DNA from: Nitrospirota bacterium
Lineage (GTDB): Bacteria; Nitrospirota; Nitrospiria; Nitrospirales; Nitrospiraceae
Reading direction: 5' to 3'
Assembly (NCBI GenBank): GCA_028876065.1
Contig: JAGWTI010000004.1
Span: 3,547 to 67,546, forward strand
Length of the DNA stretch: 64,000 nt
The position numbers were made by a program, and so were the translations under genes. Shown piece by piece: positions 61,858 through 64,000 of this stretch. Position 1 is the stretch's first letter. The number at the start of each line of letters is the position of its first letter. The notes below the pieces were generated by a model. It had not been told where the DNA came from and searched no databases. It saw nothing but the letters and a program-made list of their open reading frames with translations.

Positions 61858-63015
61858 ATGACAATAATTCAGATGCAGCAATCGCAAACCTGGCGCTGGG
61901 CGGTGCTGGTCCTCCTCGTGGCCTTGCCCGGTTGCAGCGGCTCATTGAGCGGGGTGATCCGTCCCTTGAGCCCCGAGACCGACGAGCAACCGGCGGTCTA
62001 TGTGCTGTCCGGTGAAGTGCAACCGAAGAAGGTAGAGGCGATCGATCCCAAAGCAGGCCAAGCGACGAAGAAATCCGTTGAACCGGAAGATTTTATCGAG
62101 CCTGGCGATCAGTTGGAAGTCGTGGTTCGGCGCGGCGCGGGCGAAGAAAAGTACCTGGCCGTCGTGCGCGCCAACGGAGAAATCAATGTGTCGTTCACGG
62201 TCGTCAATGTCCGGGGCTTGAGCGAGTTTGAAGCCGAAGAGCGGATCAACGAGAAACTGGCCAAGGTCATCCGCAACCCCTACACGCAGGTGCGCGTAGC
62301 GCAGAAGGGGTCGAGCCGGAGGAAATACTACTACATCATCGGCGAGCTCAAGAAGCCCGGGCGTCACGAGTGGCTCCGCGGAGTCACGTTGCTCACGGCA
62401 ATATCCGCGGGCGAGAGCTTTACCGATGTCGCGGCGCTTGACCGGGTGGTGTTAATTTCAAAACGGCCTGGGCAGGAACAACCGCTTGTCCGGGTTGCCA
62501 ATCTCCAGAGAACTTTGATCACGGGCGACATGAGCGCCGATCTCCCGGTTCAGGAAAACGACATCGTGTTTGTCCCGCGAAGCGGAGCCGGCGACTTTTA
62601 TAACTATTACTCAAAGGTTGCCGCTCCCATTATCAACAGCGTGCTGGGCGCCGTCAACGGCGTGTTTATCGGCAAGGCCCTGGATGCGGCCTGGAGAGTT
62701 CCGCCGGACACCCAGCCAGCGGTGCCTGTGTGTTGGGTGGCCGGAGTCCTGTATGGGGACCATGCCTGGCAGACCCATCTGCTCCGCTGGTATATCGTGG
62801 GGCCCCTGTCAGATCATTGGGCCGGCAGGGCCTTTGCCGATCTCTACCGGGCCTACGGGCGGCAGGTGGCGCGGGTGTTGGAGCGGCATCCACGCTTGCA
62901 GGCGTTGGTGCGGCCGCTGTTCGACCAACTCCTCAAGCAAGCCCTGGTCGCCGCCGAAACGGGGATGCCGAAAGCATCTCTCCCGTCCGGGCCGGCGGCC
63001 CGGCAGGGTCTCTAA
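61858..63015 (+). CDS. Polysaccharide export protein (Wza/Poly_export + SLBB type lipoprotein) with an extra C-terminal module of about 110 aa
   Basis: Lipobox 'LLVALPGC'. 'IEPGDQLEVVV', 'YYIIGELKKPG', 'NDIVFVP'. It is followed by 'CWVAGVLYGDHAW..LLRWYI...FADLYRAYGRQVARVL'. The ORF-track start at 61843 is a GTG. Confidence 0.8.
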   Translation: MTIIQMQQSQTWRWAVLVLLVALPGCSGSLSGVIRPLSPETDEQPAVYVLSGEVQPKKVEAIDPKAGQATKKSVEPEDFIEPGDQLEVVVRRGAGEEKYLAVVRANGEINVSFTVVNVRGLSEFEAEERINEKLAKVIRNPYTQVRVAQKGSSRRKYYYIIGELKKPGRHEWLRGVTLLTAISAGESFTDVAALDRVVLISKRPGQEQPLVRVANLQRTLITGDMSADLPVQENDIVFVPRSGAGDFYNYYSKVAAPIINSVLGAVNGVFIGKALDAAWRVPPDTQPAVPVCWVAGVLYGDHAWQTHLLRWYIVGPLSDHWAGRAFADLYRAYGRQVARVLERHPRLQALVRPLFDQLLKQALVAAETGMPKASLPSGPAARQGL

Positions 63016-63024
63016 CGCGGAGCC

Positions 63025-64000
63025 ATGGCACAATACGACCTCAACCTGGTTGACTTCTGGCTGATCGTCCGGCGCCGGAAGTTTATCATCCTCTTCACGG
63101 TCATCCTCGTCGGTGTCTTGACCTCGACCATGCCCTATCTCGTCGGTCCGCCTCCGATTTTTAAAGCCTCGGCCAGAGTCAAATACGAACGATCCACGAC
63201 GGCGTCCGGACTGTTGCAGGAATCGATCAGCGGAGTGGGAGGGGAGAGTGACATCGCTACGCAGGCCGAGGTGATCAAAAGCTTCAACGTGATGGAACGG
63301 GTTGCGAAGGCGATGAACCTGATCGACAAAGACCTGGAATCCAAGGACATCCGCGCCAATCATGAATTGCTGGGCATCATTTACGATATTCAGGGACATG
63401 TCGAAGCGTTGCAGGAGGGGGCGACCAACATCATCAAGATCACCGCGATGGCGGGAGATCCGATGACGGCTGAACGATACGCCACCTTGTCCGCCGACGC
63501 CTACCGTGAGGAGAACATCTACAACCGAAACCGGCAGGTGATCGAGGCGAAGCGCTTCGTCGAGGGGCAACTGAAAAACTTGGCGGCCAGCTTGCACGAG
63601 TCCGAGCAGGCGCTCCGTGAGTTCAAGGAACAGGAAGGGCAGGTGTTCGTCACGGAGGAAGCCAAGCAGGCTCTCGAACAATACAACCGGCTGGAAGGGG
63701 AGCAAGAACGGCTGGCGCGGGTCAAGCGCGAGGTGGCGGCTCAGTTGCAGGCGCTGAAGGAAAGCAAGTCGGTGGTGCAGGAGGTGCAGAGCCGCGTCTA
63801 TTCCGACGAAGTGGAGGCGTTGATCAGCAAACTGAACCAACGCATGTCGGATCTTACGCAGGAGCGGGATCTCTTGTTGATCAATTATACGCCGGACCAT
63901 GCGCTCGTGCGCGAGTTGGACCGCCGGATCTTGAACGTCAAAGGCGAGATGATCAGGGAGTTGGAAGCCAAGCTTCGGACGTTCGATGAGCGGGAACGGG
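63025..64000 (+). CDS. Wzz/GumC-family polysaccharide chain-length determinant, N-terminal 325 codons (runs off the right edge)
   Basis: Translated by hand from ATG 63025: 'MAQYDLNLVDFWLIVRRRKFIILFTVILVGVL...', followed by a long coiled-coil region ('EAKRFVEGQLKNL...EQALREFKEQEG'). It is absent from the ORF track because the frame is not closed. Confidence 0.8.
   Translation, partial: MAQYDLNLVDFWLIVRRRKFIILFTVILVGVLTSTMPYLVGPPPIFKASARVKYERSTTASGLLQESISGVGGESDIATQAEVIKSFNVMERVAKAMNLIDKDLESKDIRANHELLGIIYDIQGHVEALQEGATNIIKITAMAGDPMTAERYATLSADAYREENIYNRNRQVIEAKRFVEGQLKNLAASLHESEQALREFKEQEGQVFVTEEAKQALEQYNRLEGEQERLARVKREVAAQLQALKESKSVVQEVQSRVYSDEVEALISKLNQRMSDLTQERDLLLINYTPDHALVRELDRRILNVKGEMIRELEAKLRTFDERER

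Overview
High-GC bacterial chromosomal window, gene-dense on both strands. I saw no rRNA, tRNA, CRISPR array, transposase or integrase. Taxonomy cannot be established from the sequence alone; the gene content suggests an environmental Gram-negative. All similarity and GC statements are by-eye estimates, and no database search was run.

Four blocks:

1. **1-11.5 kb, phosphate/polyphosphate block.** It holds an ArsR-type regulator, a CHAD protein and SixA. A long minus-strand array follows: pstC-pstA-pstB, a structured spacer, phoU, ppx/gppA, and two tandem thymidylate-kinase-like genes. Four helically phased Pho-box-like repeats sit upstream of pstC. No pstS or ppk is present in the window.

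2. **11.8-16.7 kb, signalling genes.** These are a CBS-GGDEF-EAL protein, a CHASE3 hybrid kinase, a PsiE-like protein and a CBS-pair protein.

3. **16.9-36.7 kb, a roughly 20 kb minus-strand efflux super-cluster.** This is the most unusual part of the window. The gene order is: RND-2, a low-GC spacer, a micro-ORF, a PII-like gene, RND-1, one MFP, three tandem TolC-family paralogs, a His-rich protein, then czcC-czcB-czcA. It may encode a hetero-oligomeric tripartite pump with a heterotrimeric exit duct.

4. **37-64 kb, mixed genes.**
 - A small wHTH plus zinc-ribbon pair, paralogous in its wHTH member to a pair next to pstC.
 - A nucleotidyltransferase and a REC-only protein.
 - A consensus-perfect sigma-54 promoter in front of a secreted protein.
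 - Two OprO/P-type porins followed by a Tll0287-like heme protein.
 - A CHASE3 kinase with an NtrC-type regulator.
 - A YyaL-aldo/keto-reductase fusion.
 - Cytochrome c followed by a Lys/Glu-repeat peptide.
 - A J-protein, RNase D, a GT-C glycosyltransferase and citrate synthase.
 - The start of an EPS export locus: ExeA-like ATPase, HD-GYP, Wza-like, Wzz/GumC-like.
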